Shown here piece after piece: positions 20,129 to 29,341 of a stretch of 39,910 nt of DNA. Position 1 is the first letter of the stretch, and each line of letters opens with the position of its first letter. This stretch comes from Parcubacteria group bacterium (GTDB lineage: Bacteria > Patescibacteriota > Minisyncoccia > Phycocordibacterales > UBA2135). The translations under genes were made by a program, and so were the position numbers. The notes under the pieces were generated by a model that ran no database searches, had not been told where the DNA came from, and was given only the letters and a program-made list of their open reading frames with translations. The stretch spans positions 1 to 39,910 of the forward strand of contig JACQLS010000021.1 of assembly GCA_016204005.1 (NCBI GenBank), given 5' to 3'.

Positions 20129-21195
20129 ACATTCTCCGGAAAATGTGTTTCTTTAAACCACCGTATACTCCTGCCAAGTCCGGTTTTCAAGTCAACGCGC
20201 GATTCGTAATCCAGGTTTGTACACGCCTTGGTTATGTCGGGGCATCGGCGATTTGGTTCGTCTGCCGGATAGGTATCTGGGTAATCAATAAGCTCCACCT
20301 TGAGCCCTCCGCCAATTTCCTCTGCAACCATTTGGGCGAGAGTTGCCATATTAATTTCTTCAGTTCCCCTTCCGATATTGTATACCTCGCCATGACGATC
20401 ACTTAAAAGGACCCGCAGAAAGCCATCTATCGCGTCCGTGATGTAGCAGAAGGTTCTCGTCTGATTGCCGTGGCCATGCACGGGGAGATTTTCTCCACGC
20501 AATCCCCGCGCGATGAATGTTGGCATGACGCGATGGTCGTTAGTCTTCATTCCCGGCCCGTAAACGTTGAACGGTCGAACCATCTTAACGGGAGTGCCAT
20601 ACACGCCATAATGAGTCATGCAGAGCGTCTCGGTCAAACGCTTTGATTCGTCGTAACAGGAACGCGGTCCAATGCAGGAGACATGCCCTTTGTATGTTTC
20701 CGGGGTCGGAATGGCGTCAGGAGCCGGGTCGCCATAAATCTCGCTTGAGCTGAAGAAGAGGAAACTTGCGACATCTTTTTCTCGCGCAAGTTCGAGCAGG
20801 TGTTTGGCGCCAGTAATGGCGCTTTCAATTGTTTCGATCGGGAATTTCTTGTAGTAGACGGGCGAAGCAAGACCCGCGGCATGAATGATGTAGTGGACCG
20901 GCTCTTTAAAAACATACGGCTCACGAATGTCGTGACGCTGACTTTTGATATACGTGGAATCAATATCTCCGATGAAGCTTGTTTCCGAACCAGTGATGTA
21001 GTTGTCGAGAGAAAAGACCCTCATCGGCTCGTCGAGAACATTCTTGTTTAAGTAGTCAAAAACTCCCCGGAAGTATGATCCCAAGAAACCCGCCCCGCCA
21101 GAAAGGAGAAGGGTTTTTCCTTCAAAAGCTTTTACCCTGTCTCCGAGGGTTCTCGCTATTGTTTCGATATCTTCTTGTATGATCGGAGAGTTCAT
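20125..21195 (-). CDS. UDP-glucuronate decarboxylase-like SDR
   Basis: GGAGFLG, HAAGLASP, SSSEIYGDP, GPRSCYDESKR, RPFNVYGP, QTRTFCYITD, RRCPDI. Confidence 0.88.
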   Translation of the reverse strand: MNSPIIQEDIETIARTLGDRVKAFEGKTLLLSGGAGFLGSYFRGVFDYLNKNVLDEPMRVFSLDNYITGSETSFIGDIDSTYIKSQRHDIREPYVFKEPVHYIIHAAGLASPVYYKKFPIETIESAITGAKHLLELAREKDVASFLFFSSSEIYGDPAPDAIPTPETYKGHVSCIGPRSCYDESKRLTETLCMTHYGVYGTPVKMVRPFNVYGPGMKTNDHRVMPTFIARGLRGENLPVHGHGNQTRTFCYITDAIDGFLRVLLSDRHGEVYNIGRGTEEINMATLAQMVAEEIGGGLKVELIDYPDTYPADEPNRRCPDITKACTNLDYESRVDLKTGLGRSIRWFKETHFPENV

Positions 21196-22373
21196 ATGAT
21201 TTCTCTTGGTGGGATGGGGAGCAGAAAACGGTATCCCTCTCCCACCTTTTTTCTAATGTCGTCAAAATATTCGAAAGCAAAGACTACAAGCACGTCCGGC
21301 CTCTCACCTTCTAGATAACTACCGGGAACGATGGGAATGTGCATGCCCGGACTGAACTTGTTCTGCTTTAAGGGGCTGTCATCAACAATGTATTCAATGA
21401 GCGACGGGCCGATATTCCCGTAATTGGTAATCGTGGCGACGCGTGCGGGGGCTCCATAACCGGCAACCCTAAGTCCTTGCTTCTTGTATTCTTCGAGTTT
21501 CGCGCGGAAGGCGGCAATGGCTCCGTCCACCGTATCCTTAAATGCTCCGAGCGCCTCGGGGTTTAAGTTCATTGCTTCGTCCTGAAGCATGCGGGTGACA
21601 GCGGGTGAGGGATCTCCCGCGTGCTCCGTCTTTTGAAACGTCACCTTAATAGAGCCCCCATGGGGTTCTATTTCTTCTACATCGACAATGGACATTCCGT
21701 GAGCTTCAAAGAGATTTTTTAGTGAGGAGAGCGAGTAGTAAAAGATTCGGTCGAGATAGAATCGCTCAAACTGGGTATCTCTCAAAATGTTCCCGATATA
21801 CTCGACCTCAATGATAAACGACCCATCGTCGGACAGAAGTGCTTTTACGTCATCAATAAACGTGTGCGGATCTTCAAGGTGGGTAAAGATACTTGAGGCC
21901 ACAATAACATCGGGCTTCCCCCACTCCTTTGCTACTCTCTCTACAGTGTCAGCATTGAAAAACGAGGTGATGGTTGTAAGTCCTTGGTCATTTGCGATCT
22001 TCGAGACATTGACGGAGGGCTCAATACCAAGAGCACTTACTCCAAGCTCCTTCAAGGGTTTTAAGAGTATTCCATCATTCGAGCCAATGTCCACGACGAA
22101 ACGCGCGCCGGCAAGCTTCTTCGCAAGCCCCTCGAAATACCGAACAAGGCCCGGATTCACGGAAGACAAATAGTAGTAGTCCTCGAACATTCTCGAGCGG
22201 GAGACCTTCTCACCAAGCTCAACATTTTTACACTCAGGACAAAAAAAGACGACGAGCGGAAAGAAGTCTTCCGTCTTTATCATTTCCTCTGTCGGATATT
22301 TGTTAGCGAGGGGTTGTTTCCCCAGGTCGAGAAACGAAGCCGCCTTATTGTTTGAACACAGAGTACACAACAT
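21192..22373 (-). CDS. NDP-sugar C-methyltransferase homolog (second copy, altered YHEH motif)
   Basis: CTLC...CPEC, DLGKQPLAN, DIGSNDG, HGGSIK, GYGAPAR, DDSPLKQ; start moved to ATG 22373. Confidence 0.86.
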   Translation of the reverse strand: MLCTLCSNNKAASFLDLGKQPLANKYPTEEMIKTEDFFPLVVFFCPECKNVELGEKVSRSRMFEDYYYLSSVNPGLVRYFEGLAKKLAGARFVVDIGSNDGILLKPLKELGVSALGIEPSVNVSKIANDQGLTTITSFFNADTVERVAKEWGKPDVIVASSIFTHLEDPHTFIDDVKALLSDDGSFIIEVEYIGNILRDTQFERFYLDRIFYYSLSSLKNLFEAHGMSIVDVEEIEPHGGSIKVTFQKTEHAGDPSPAVTRMLQDEAMNLNPEALGAFKDTVDGAIAAFRAKLEEYKKQGLRVAGYGAPARVATITNYGNIGPSLIEYIVDDSPLKQNKFSPGMHIPIVPGSYLEGERPDVLVVFAFEYFDDIRKKVGEGYRFLLPIPPREII

Positions 22374-22428
22374 GAATGAAGAAAAGTATACCAAAAACTA
22401 AAGAAGTCACCGATTGACTTAACGGGGT

Positions 22429-23997
22429 TTAACGTGGTCTCCCGAGTTTTTGCTTCTTTTTGTTAATGAGATCAGCATATGTGTCGTGTATCTGGCGAAG
22501 GAAGTCAGGAGCACTGCGCCCACGAACAGAAACGGACAGCTCTGGATCAAACGAACGCGCTTGCTCCCCTTGTATGTCATCCGTGACATATACTGAATCC
22601 GAATTACGAAAGATCCAGCGATAAATCGGGAGATACTTCTTTGTCCGCGTATTCCCCTCTCCAAGCTCTGCTGGATCAAGGGTTACGAGAAAAGAGAGAT
22701 CGCGCGTGATGAACTTCAGAAAGAGCGCGGAGAGCCCGCCGTAGCTTGCCATAATGGACCAGGCAAAGTGGTACTTGTGCCGTCGGTGGAGTTGATAGGC
22801 TTTGATGACCCCGAGAAATGGCAAAAGATACTTATCCAAGGTGGAACCAAAACCGATACGATAAATGTGGTCTGTCTTGTGACGTTCGTATGCCGGGAGA
22901 CCGCTCCTAAACCGGGATGTAACGATGTGAAATTCTGTGCGAGGCAACATTTCCGAAAGTTCATACAGCGCCCTCTCTGCAGGACCGAGGTCAGGATAGT
23001 AGGTTGTCGCAAAAACCAAGATCTTCCGATCCGGACGTTCTAGTGTTTTGAAAAATTGAATAGTTTTGGTAAGGCCGTCTTCAAAACCGACCTTGGGTAC
23101 CCAGCCAAGTTTTTCCTTCGCGAGAGAAATGTCGGGACGCCTTTCTCTTGGATCGTCTGTTGCTTGTTTCTCAAAAACAATCTTGGAGGCTGACCCAGTC
23201 GCCCGTATAATTCTTTCCGCAAGCTCTTTCATGTTCATCTCCGCTTCATCGTTTCCGATATTGACTGGTCCGACGAATTCCTCTGAAGAGGACATCATGC
23301 GATCAATCCCCTCCACGAGATCGTCAATATACTGGAAGCTCCTACTGGAAGACCCGTCGCCATAGATCACGAGGTCTTTGCCGTCCAGAGCATTCCCGAC
23401 AAAATTTGCTATCGCCCTGCCATCGTGGAGATCCATACGCGGGCCGTATGTATTAAAAATGCGGATAATCTTCACCTTAACTCCGTATTGCCGGTGGAAG
23501 TCCATGCAAAGTGTCTCCGCGGCACGCTTTCCTTCATCGTAACAAGCGCGCGGGCCTGTGGGGCTGACGTTCCCGCGGTAACCTTCTTTTTGCGGATTCT
23601 CGAGTGGATCGCCGTATACCTCTGAAGTGGATGCTTGGAGTATCACCGCTCCATCGCGGTATGCGAGTGTAAGCATGTTACGCATTCCATCGACATTTGT
23701 GCGTAGCGTGTGCACGGGGTCATATTGATAAATAGCAGGAGCTCCCGAACAACCAAAGTTCAAAATCCAGTCAACATGCTCTTTTGGGAAAAAGGGCTTA
23801 ATGATGTCGTGCTGCACAAAACGGAACTGCGGGTTTGAGAGCAAGTGGTCGATGTTTTTGGTTGTCTTCGTGGTCCGCAGGTTATCAACGCAAATAACCC
23901 GGTGTCCAAGACCGAGGTACTTTTCACAGAGGTGCGAACCGATAAATCCCGCCCCTCCCGTTATAAGAATGGTTTTTTTGTTGTTATTTAGCCTCAT
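22429..23997 (-). CDS. UDP-glucuronate decarboxylase (UXS) fused to a GT4 N-terminal domain
   Basis: ITGGAGFIGSHL, ASTSEVYGDP, GPRACYDEGKR, RIFNTYGP; C-terminal ~200 aa KILVFATTYYP...AERA resembles the N-terminal half of 9905-11116; AAGGAG upstream. Confidence 0.9.
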   Translation of the reverse strand: MRLNNNKKTILITGGAGFIGSHLCEKYLGLGHRVICVDNLRTTKTTKNIDHLLSNPQFRFVQHDIIKPFFPKEHVDWILNFGCSGAPAIYQYDPVHTLRTNVDGMRNMLTLAYRDGAVILQASTSEVYGDPLENPQKEGYRGNVSPTGPRACYDEGKRAAETLCMDFHRQYGVKVKIIRIFNTYGPRMDLHDGRAIANFVGNALDGKDLVIYGDGSSSRSFQYIDDLVEGIDRMMSSSEEFVGPVNIGNDEAEMNMKELAERIIRATGSASKIVFEKQATDDPRERRPDISLAKEKLGWVPKVGFEDGLTKTIQFFKTLERPDRKILVFATTYYPDLGPAERALYELSEMLPRTEFHIVTSRFRSGLPAYERHKTDHIYRIGFGSTLDKYLLPFLGVIKAYQLHRRHKYHFAWSIMASYGGLSALFLKFITRDLSFLVTLDPAELGEGNTRTKKYLPIYRWIFRNSDSVYVTDDIQGEQARSFDPELSVSVRGRSAPDFLRQIHDTYADLINKKKQKLGRPR

Positions 23998-24042
23998 TAT
24001 CTCCTTCTGCCTTCTCTCCTATATAAAGGGTATTAAACCCTA

Positions 24043-24107
24043 TATTACGACTTCGCTCGGAGAAAATGAGAGCAAGCTCTTATTTCCCCTCCTCGCTCGT
24101 CGTAATA
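24043..24107 (+). repeat. Palindromic REP/REPIN-like hairpin element, copy C
   Basis: TATTACGAC-TTCGCTCGGAGAAAATGAGAGC-AA-GCTCTTATTTCCCCTCCTCGCTC-GTCGTAATA; same family as 38074-38138 and 38147-38317. Confidence 0.8.
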
Positions 24108-24121
24108 AGCACTTCGTCTTG

Positions 24122-24189
24122 TATAAACTCCTTGGCTCGGAAATGAGAAAGCCTTGCTTTCTCATTTCTCTCGCTCTACATCGTTTATA
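24122..24189 (+). repeat. Palindromic REP/REPIN-like hairpin element, copy D, overlapping the stop codon of the LTD gene
   Basis: TATAAAC...GCTCGGAAATGAGAAAGC-CTT-GCTTTCTCATTTCTCTCG...GTTTATA. Confidence 0.72.
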
Positions 24190-25565
24190 ATGGAAAATTC
24201 ATCTGCGAGGTTTCCCTTCCGTCTCATTACTAAGAATCCTATACTACTGCCGCCAACAAGCAAAAGGAGGAAGAAAATCGCTAAGGGCCCGCTCCCTACG
24301 CCGGGAGCGCTACCAACTCTGGCGAGCGCCTGGTGTTTTTCGACCACCCTTTCGGCTTCTTCTTTGGGAGCTGGCGATAGCTTTTTCTCTGCAACGGAAG
24401 GTCGAGGAGGAACGACTTTCATGGGTAAGACCTTCGGCACTTCGGCTATCTGTGTTGTTGGTGGCTGTACTTGCAACACTGCAGTCTTGCCATTTGGATA
24501 GAGGAGTTCTGTATGTGTATCGTTTAAAAAACCTGTCACGGAACCGGGGAAAATTATTTCTTTTTTAGACAGAAGGAAGGAGTGCTCTGGAATGCGGAAA
24601 TAGAGACCGCCGTGTTTTAGGAGCCAACCCGACAGGTCAAGCTCGTGACTTGAATTGTTTTTTATCTTTACAAAAAGCTCTCCGCTTTCTTCTGTCTGTG
24701 TAATAGAGAGAGCGATACTCTCCGCTTCAACCACCAGACGATCCCCGGCACTATATTCCCCCGAAGCGGCATCGAGCACTACTACGTATGTCCCGGGGTA
24801 ACGGAAAATGTGAGAGACATGCTTCCCCTCTTTTGTTGTCCCGTCTCCAAAATTCCACATATACCGAGCGTTGGCGATAGCCTCCCCCTCGAAACCATAT
24901 GCTTCTCCAAGAAATGATGCTCCCGCTCCGACTATCACTGTTTTTGTTTCCTTCTTTATCTTTACTGTTATCGTTTTTATTGGTGGAACCGCTGAAAAAG
25001 TAGCAGGTTGGCCGACCGTGGCACCCGTTTCCGTGCCCACCTCTTCTTCCGGTGGGGAGATCTCTTCTTCATTCTCACCCCCGCCACCTGTTACTCCCTG
25101 GTTTTGGGCTCGCGGTGAAGGCGTCCCAGTCATCCAGGAAACGCCATTCCATTGCATTGTCTCTTTCGTCGTATTATTACCCCCACTCCAACCGCTCGTC
25201 TGGTCAAGCTCGTCTATAATTGCTCCGCTCTGGTCTTTTAGGGCCAGATGCTCCCCGCTATTCCCCAAGGCTCCAGTGTACAGCAAATCAGCGACAATGC
25301 CTGGCACAGAGTCATCGTCGGGGCGCTCGAGGAGGAAAAACCCACCCGCCGCAATTGTCCCACCCAAAAGAATATTTGGCGAACCGTCAGCCGCAACGAG
25401 TTGCCACCCATCAAGGATAATGGCTTCACTGCCATCATTGTAGAGCTCAATCCACTCGTCGTTGTAAGAAGTGACTGTGCCCATCCAAGCAATCTCATTA
25501 ATGCGTACGGTTGCCCCAACACTAAGCGGGAGTAAAAAGAATATGAAGAGTAATGCGCGAAACAT
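24162..25565 (-). CDS. Secreted/surface lamin-tail-domain and PKD-domain protein with C-terminal TM anchor
   Basis: Signal peptide MFRALLFIFFLLPLSVGA; VRINEIAW...EWIELYN...LDGW (LTD); YMWNFGDG...SHIFRYPGTYVV (PKD); second LTD-like IKNNSSHELDLSGW; TM followed by RRK. Confidence 0.88.
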   Translation of the reverse strand: MFRALLFIFFLLPLSVGATVRINEIAWMGTVTSYNDEWIELYNDGSEAIILDGWQLVAADGSPNILLGGTIAAGGFFLLERPDDDSVPGIVADLLYTGALGNSGEHLALKDQSGAIIDELDQTSGWSGGNNTTKETMQWNGVSWMTGTPSPRAQNQGVTGGGGENEEEISPPEEEVGTETGATVGQPATFSAVPPIKTITVKIKKETKTVIVGAGASFLGEAYGFEGEAIANARYMWNFGDGTTKEGKHVSHIFRYPGTYVVVLDAASGEYSAGDRLVVEAESIALSITQTEESGELFVKIKNNSSHELDLSGWLLKHGGLYFRIPEHSFLLSKKEIIFPGSVTGFLNDTHTELLYPNGKTAVLQVQPPTTQIAEVPKVLPMKVVPPRPSVAEKKLSPAPKEEAERVVEKHQALARVGSAPGVGSGPLAIFFLLLLVGGSSIGFLVMRRKGNLADEFSIINDVEREK

Positions 25566-25673
25566 TATCTTCCATTGTAAGCGCGTTGCGGACACGTGCA
25601 ATTGCATCTTCTCTTGTGCTGTGTTCTACAACAAAACCGATCACTTGGAGTAATCGGTTTTGTTGTGCTAACC

Positions 25674-27749
25674 CTATTTTGTTTCGATGCGTAGTATTTC
25701 ACGCAGCTCATTCTCTGGAATTTCTGGAATCGGTTCAGCCCCGCTTGCCACTTTGGGAACTTGCTCTTCTCTTTTAACTTCTTCCCTCTTAACTTGCGGC
25801 GGCGGAGTACTTGGTGGCGGAGACGGCGGAACGCTCGAAGGGGATGCTGGTGGAGGCGTGCTCGCTATGGTTACCTCTGTGGGCGCTCCCTCTCCTGTAC
25901 GCGGGACATTTGGAATCCCCGCCTCTACCCTGCTAGGCGCCACTACCACTCCAGCATTTTTACCGGGTGTTTTTTCTTCCATTGCCGCATCAAGCGCGCG
26001 CTTAAGTTGAGAGAGGTTCTCCTTCAGCTTTCCCGTATTGTCTGTGCTGTTTTTTCGTAACACATTCAACGAAACCGGTTCAATCTTCTGGGCTTCCGAA
26101 GTAGAGGGATTAGCGTTTCTTGGAGGAGTCGCGGGCGAAGGAGGATTCTGTCTTACCGCCGCAAGCGCATCTTTGAATGAACTGTGACCAATGGGTGGCG
26201 CTGGCGGAATTGGCGGCGTGGACGGAACGCTCGGAACTGGTGGAATTGGCGCCGCAACTCTTTGTTCGGGGATCTTTCCCTCGACTTTGCTCGGGACAGG
26301 TCGCTCTCCCACCCTCTCTCTTGGGCGCTCATCCTTCCTCCACTCTTTCCTCTCTCCGCTACTCTGAGGAGTAATCGGGCGAACATCTTTCCGCTCTACT
26401 ACTCCAACCTTCGGCATTATTGCAGACTTTTCTCCAATGGGTTTCGGAGGCGGAGGAACGGGCTCCAAACTTTTCCGGATTGCCTCCTCTACCTCGGAGC
26501 GTGGTTTTGCGTATGCCCTGCGCGAATGGCGAAGCACCTCAGGAACAAATGATCGTTTCGGCTTTTCAATCGGCGGAAGCGTCAAGGCGGAAAAGGGGCG
26601 GGATGCGAGACCATCAATCATGAGTTTCAGATAAATATTGTAGGCCCCTGTGCCCACGATATCTTCCGCGGTAAACGTCGGTGAGAACTCCTTCTCGAGC
26701 ATCTCGGCGTCTTCTGCTCCGATGCGGAACGTAATAAGAGTACCTACGTTTCCGAAAATAGCATCCCTCACCTCGTCCTCCATCTGCCCCACATATTGGT
26801 GCGCAATGGTAAGTGATAGTTTGTATTTTCGTGCTTCTGAAAGAATGTCCGCAAATGTTTCGTTCGCGAAAGATTGAAACTCGTCTACGAAAAGAAAGAA
26901 TGGCGGGAGCTTGGCAAGCTCGCTTGCTGTACAGTCTGCGCGGCTCATTGCTCCAAGGTAAAGTTTAATGATGAGCATGCTCCCCAAGAGACGCGCGTTC
27001 GTTTCTCCCATTCTCCCCTTGGAAAGGTTTAGGATAAGGATTTTACGCTTGTCCATCATCTCTCGAATATCGAAGGATGACTTTGGTTGTCCGATAATAT
27101 TGCGAATGACAGGATTGGACACGAATTGCCCTACTTTGTTTTGGATTGCCGGTGTCGCTTCACGCGTGTATGTGTCGGTGTATTTTGCAAATTCATCAAC
27201 CCAAAAGGATTTCACGATCGGGTCTGTTACATGCGAGACGACGTCTTTCCTGAAGTCTTTGTCGATGAGCATTCGGTTGACCGAGAGAAGCGTTGAGCCG
27301 GGATACTCGAGGAGTGCCAGAAGCGCATTTTGTAGAATGTACTCCATACGCGCGCTCCAAGCATCCACCCATATTTTCTTGAATGCGCTCATCAGGTTTG
27401 AGACGACGAGGTGGCGTTTGTCATACCCGACATCTTCCATGACGTTAAACGAAACTGGGTATTCCAGGTCAAAAGGAGCAATATAGAGCACATCATGAAT
27501 GCGCTCTTCTGGAACATGTTCCAGAAGTTTTTCGGCCGATGAACCGTGGGGGTCGAGAAAGGCTAAGCCGTTTCCGTTCTGTATGTCCTGAATCGCCATG
27601 TTCTCGAGCGTAACCGACTTACCCATACCGGTTTTCCCAATCACATAGACGTGCTTCAAACGATCCAGAGCCTTAATGCCAAAAATCTTCTCCTTCCCTC
27701 GGTAGTTGGTCTTTGCAAAATATGTTTTTCTTTCTTCCCAGCGTTCCAT
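25674..27749 (-). CDS. VirD4/TrwB/HerA-superfamily ATPase (T4SS DNA-binding-domain protein) with Pro-rich tail
   Basis: HVYVIGKTGMGKS (Walker A), FLDPHG, FLFVDEFQ (Walker B), LSEARKY, IAHQY, IFGNVGT; low-complexity C-terminus. Confidence 0.88.
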   Translation of the reverse strand: MERWEERKTYFAKTNYRGKEKIFGIKALDRLKHVYVIGKTGMGKSVTLENMAIQDIQNGNGLAFLDPHGSSAEKLLEHVPEERIHDVLYIAPFDLEYPVSFNVMEDVGYDKRHLVVSNLMSAFKKIWVDAWSARMEYILQNALLALLEYPGSTLLSVNRMLIDKDFRKDVVSHVTDPIVKSFWVDEFAKYTDTYTREATPAIQNKVGQFVSNPVIRNIIGQPKSSFDIREMMDKRKILILNLSKGRMGETNARLLGSMLIIKLYLGAMSRADCTASELAKLPPFFLFVDEFQSFANETFADILSEARKYKLSLTIAHQYVGQMEDEVRDAIFGNVGTLITFRIGAEDAEMLEKEFSPTFTAEDIVGTGAYNIYLKLMIDGLASRPFSALTLPPIEKPKRSFVPEVLRHSRRAYAKPRSEVEEAIRKSLEPVPPPPKPIGEKSAIMPKVGVVERKDVRPITPQSSGERKEWRKDERPRERVGERPVPSKVEGKIPEQRVAAPIPPVPSVPSTPPIPPAPPIGHSSFKDALAAVRQNPPSPATPPRNANPSTSEAQKIEPVSLNVLRKNSTDNTGKLKENLSQLKRALDAAMEEKTPGKNAGVVVAPSRVEAGIPNVPRTGEGAPTEVTIASTPPPASPSSVPPSPPPSTPPPQVKREEVKREEQVPKVASGAEPIPEIPENELREILRIETK

Positions 27750-27800
27750 AAGGAAAAACAAGCTCTATACTCTATATTATGTAACTAGTTCACGACTTGG

Positions 27801-29120
27801 TCAATTTGAAGCATTCACTGGTGCGGGCAGAAGCGCGTCACGCGTATACGTATTAGCGGCATCCCACATCATCCAGGAATCAAGGCCGACGTCGTATGTT
27901 GCTTGTATTTGCTTCCGCACCATTGCGGCATCATAGGTCGCGCCGAGATTAAAGTCCTGCAGCCATGGACGAAGCTTCTCTGAAGTTGAACTGGCCGTAA
28001 GCATTCTTTGGACACCGCGGTTCATCGAGTAATGCACCACTTCGTACGGATTCGCAGCCGGACTTGCAAGGCCGATAAAGCCCTTTGGGTAATGTGATGG
28101 ATATACCATCGGGGCAATGTAATCAAAATATGGTTCGACATATTCGAGTATTTGCCCGATATTTAAGTCGTCCTTATTCGTCATGGTCATGCCAAACAAA
28201 TCAGCCGAAAGCACGGGGACGATGCTTCGTTTTGCGATTGTATTTGATTCGTAGAACGATGGGTTTTTCAACGTTGTGTGCAAGTGCTTAAAAAAATCGC
28301 GCATAATCTTTGCCTTGCCCAGCGCCGGATCCGCAGCAATTCGAGCATTACTGTAGGAATAGTAAATGTCGCGCATATTACCGTCCGAGGGGAAGCGAAT
28401 GTAATCAAAGTTGAGTTCATCAAAACCTATTTCGTAAGACTCCCTTGAGAGAGCGGTGGTGTAGTCCCACGCTTCTTTGGCGCCAGGGTCAATGAATGAG
28501 AGGCCCTTGTAATCAGTCCAGACTGTTGATGTCGCGCTTTCCTTCTTCACAGCCCACTCCGGTTTTACTTTCGAAAGGTACGGATCTTGGAAAACGGTAA
28601 TGCGCCCGATAACATAAACGTTTCGCCTGTGGAGGTCGGCAATAAATTCCCGAATATCCTGAATGCGCTTCTCAGCTGCGCCAAATCGAACCAAGAGAGG
28701 ATCCGTAACCTCGAAAGAGATGCGCCCAGAGTAATCCTTGATATCAATGACGATTGCGTTCAACTCCGTTTCATCGATAAGACGCACAAGCTCGGCACGA
28801 CGCGACCGAGTGCCGGCAACCCAACTGGTCATGTAGATGGCTCGCACTTCCTCGGGCAATGCGACATGGGTCGCAACAAAAGGCTTCGGCTCTTCTCCGG
28901 CGGGCACGCCGTTTGCCTCACCAACGCCCGCCTCATACACAGCTGGCGCGAAAATAGGAACCCCCCAATGCGCAAAGGAGACAACTCCGCCCACGACAAA
29001 AACCCCCGCAAATATGAGCGCGGAGCGCGCTTTTATCAGGCGGAGTAGAGATGATAACGATTTAATTAGGCGCCTCTTCTTCACGGGGTGTTGGTCTACT
29101 AATGTTCTTTCTTGGGGCAC
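27801..29120 (-). CDS. Putative glycoside hydrolase (DUF4015-like TIM barrel), N-terminal TM
   Basis: RAIYMTSW, LNAIVIDIKD, GRITVFQDP, GFDELNFDYIRFP, SADLFG, IAPMVYPSHY, RPWLQDF; start uncertain. Confidence 0.82.
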   Translation of the reverse strand: MPQERTLVDQHPVKKRRLIKSLSSLLRLIKARSALIFAGVFVVGGVVSFAHWGVPIFAPAVYEAGVGEANGVPAGEEPKPFVATHVALPEEVRAIYMTSWVAGTRSRRAELVRLIDETELNAIVIDIKDYSGRISFEVTDPLLVRFGAAEKRIQDIREFIADLHRRNVYVIGRITVFQDPYLSKVKPEWAVKKESATSTVWTDYKGLSFIDPGAKEAWDYTTALSRESYEIGFDELNFDYIRFPSDGNMRDIYYSYSNARIAADPALGKAKIMRDFFKHLHTTLKNPSFYESNTIAKRSIVPVLSADLFGMTMTNKDDLNIGQILEYVEPYFDYIAPMVYPSHYPKGFIGLASPAANPYEVVHYSMNRGVQRMLTASSTSEKLRPWLQDFNLGATYDAAMVRKQIQATYDVGLDSWMMWDAANTYTRDALLPAPVNASN

Positions 29121-29301
29121 TTTTTGTCACGGGAGGGGCAGTACGAAGAAATCGTTCCCGCGCGATGATGAGAAGCATGAGGACAGAAATGGAAAGGCCG
29201 AACGCAACGTAAAAAAACGTTTTCCAACCTCCCGGAAAACCTAAGAAAGGCATAAGAAAAGTTCCGATCCCCAATGCAAAAATTATCCAGTGTTTTTCCA
29301 T
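29062..29301 (-). CDS. Small 2-TM membrane protein
   Basis: WIIFALGIGTFLMPFLGFPGGWKTFFYVAFGLSISVLMLLI. Confidence 0.75.
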   Translation of the reverse strand: MEKHWIIFALGIGTFLMPFLGFPGGWKTFFYVAFGLSISVLMLLIIARERFLRTAPPVTKSAPRKNISRPTPREEEAPN

Positions 29302-29341
29302 ACAATATTAGGATTAAGATTCCTTTAAGTATACCACAACC

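Noticed and set aside
25674..27749. Conjugative element based on the VirD4-like ATPase
   Set aside because: No relaxase, VirB genes, integrase or boundaries; stand-alone homologs are typical chromosomal genes in CPR.
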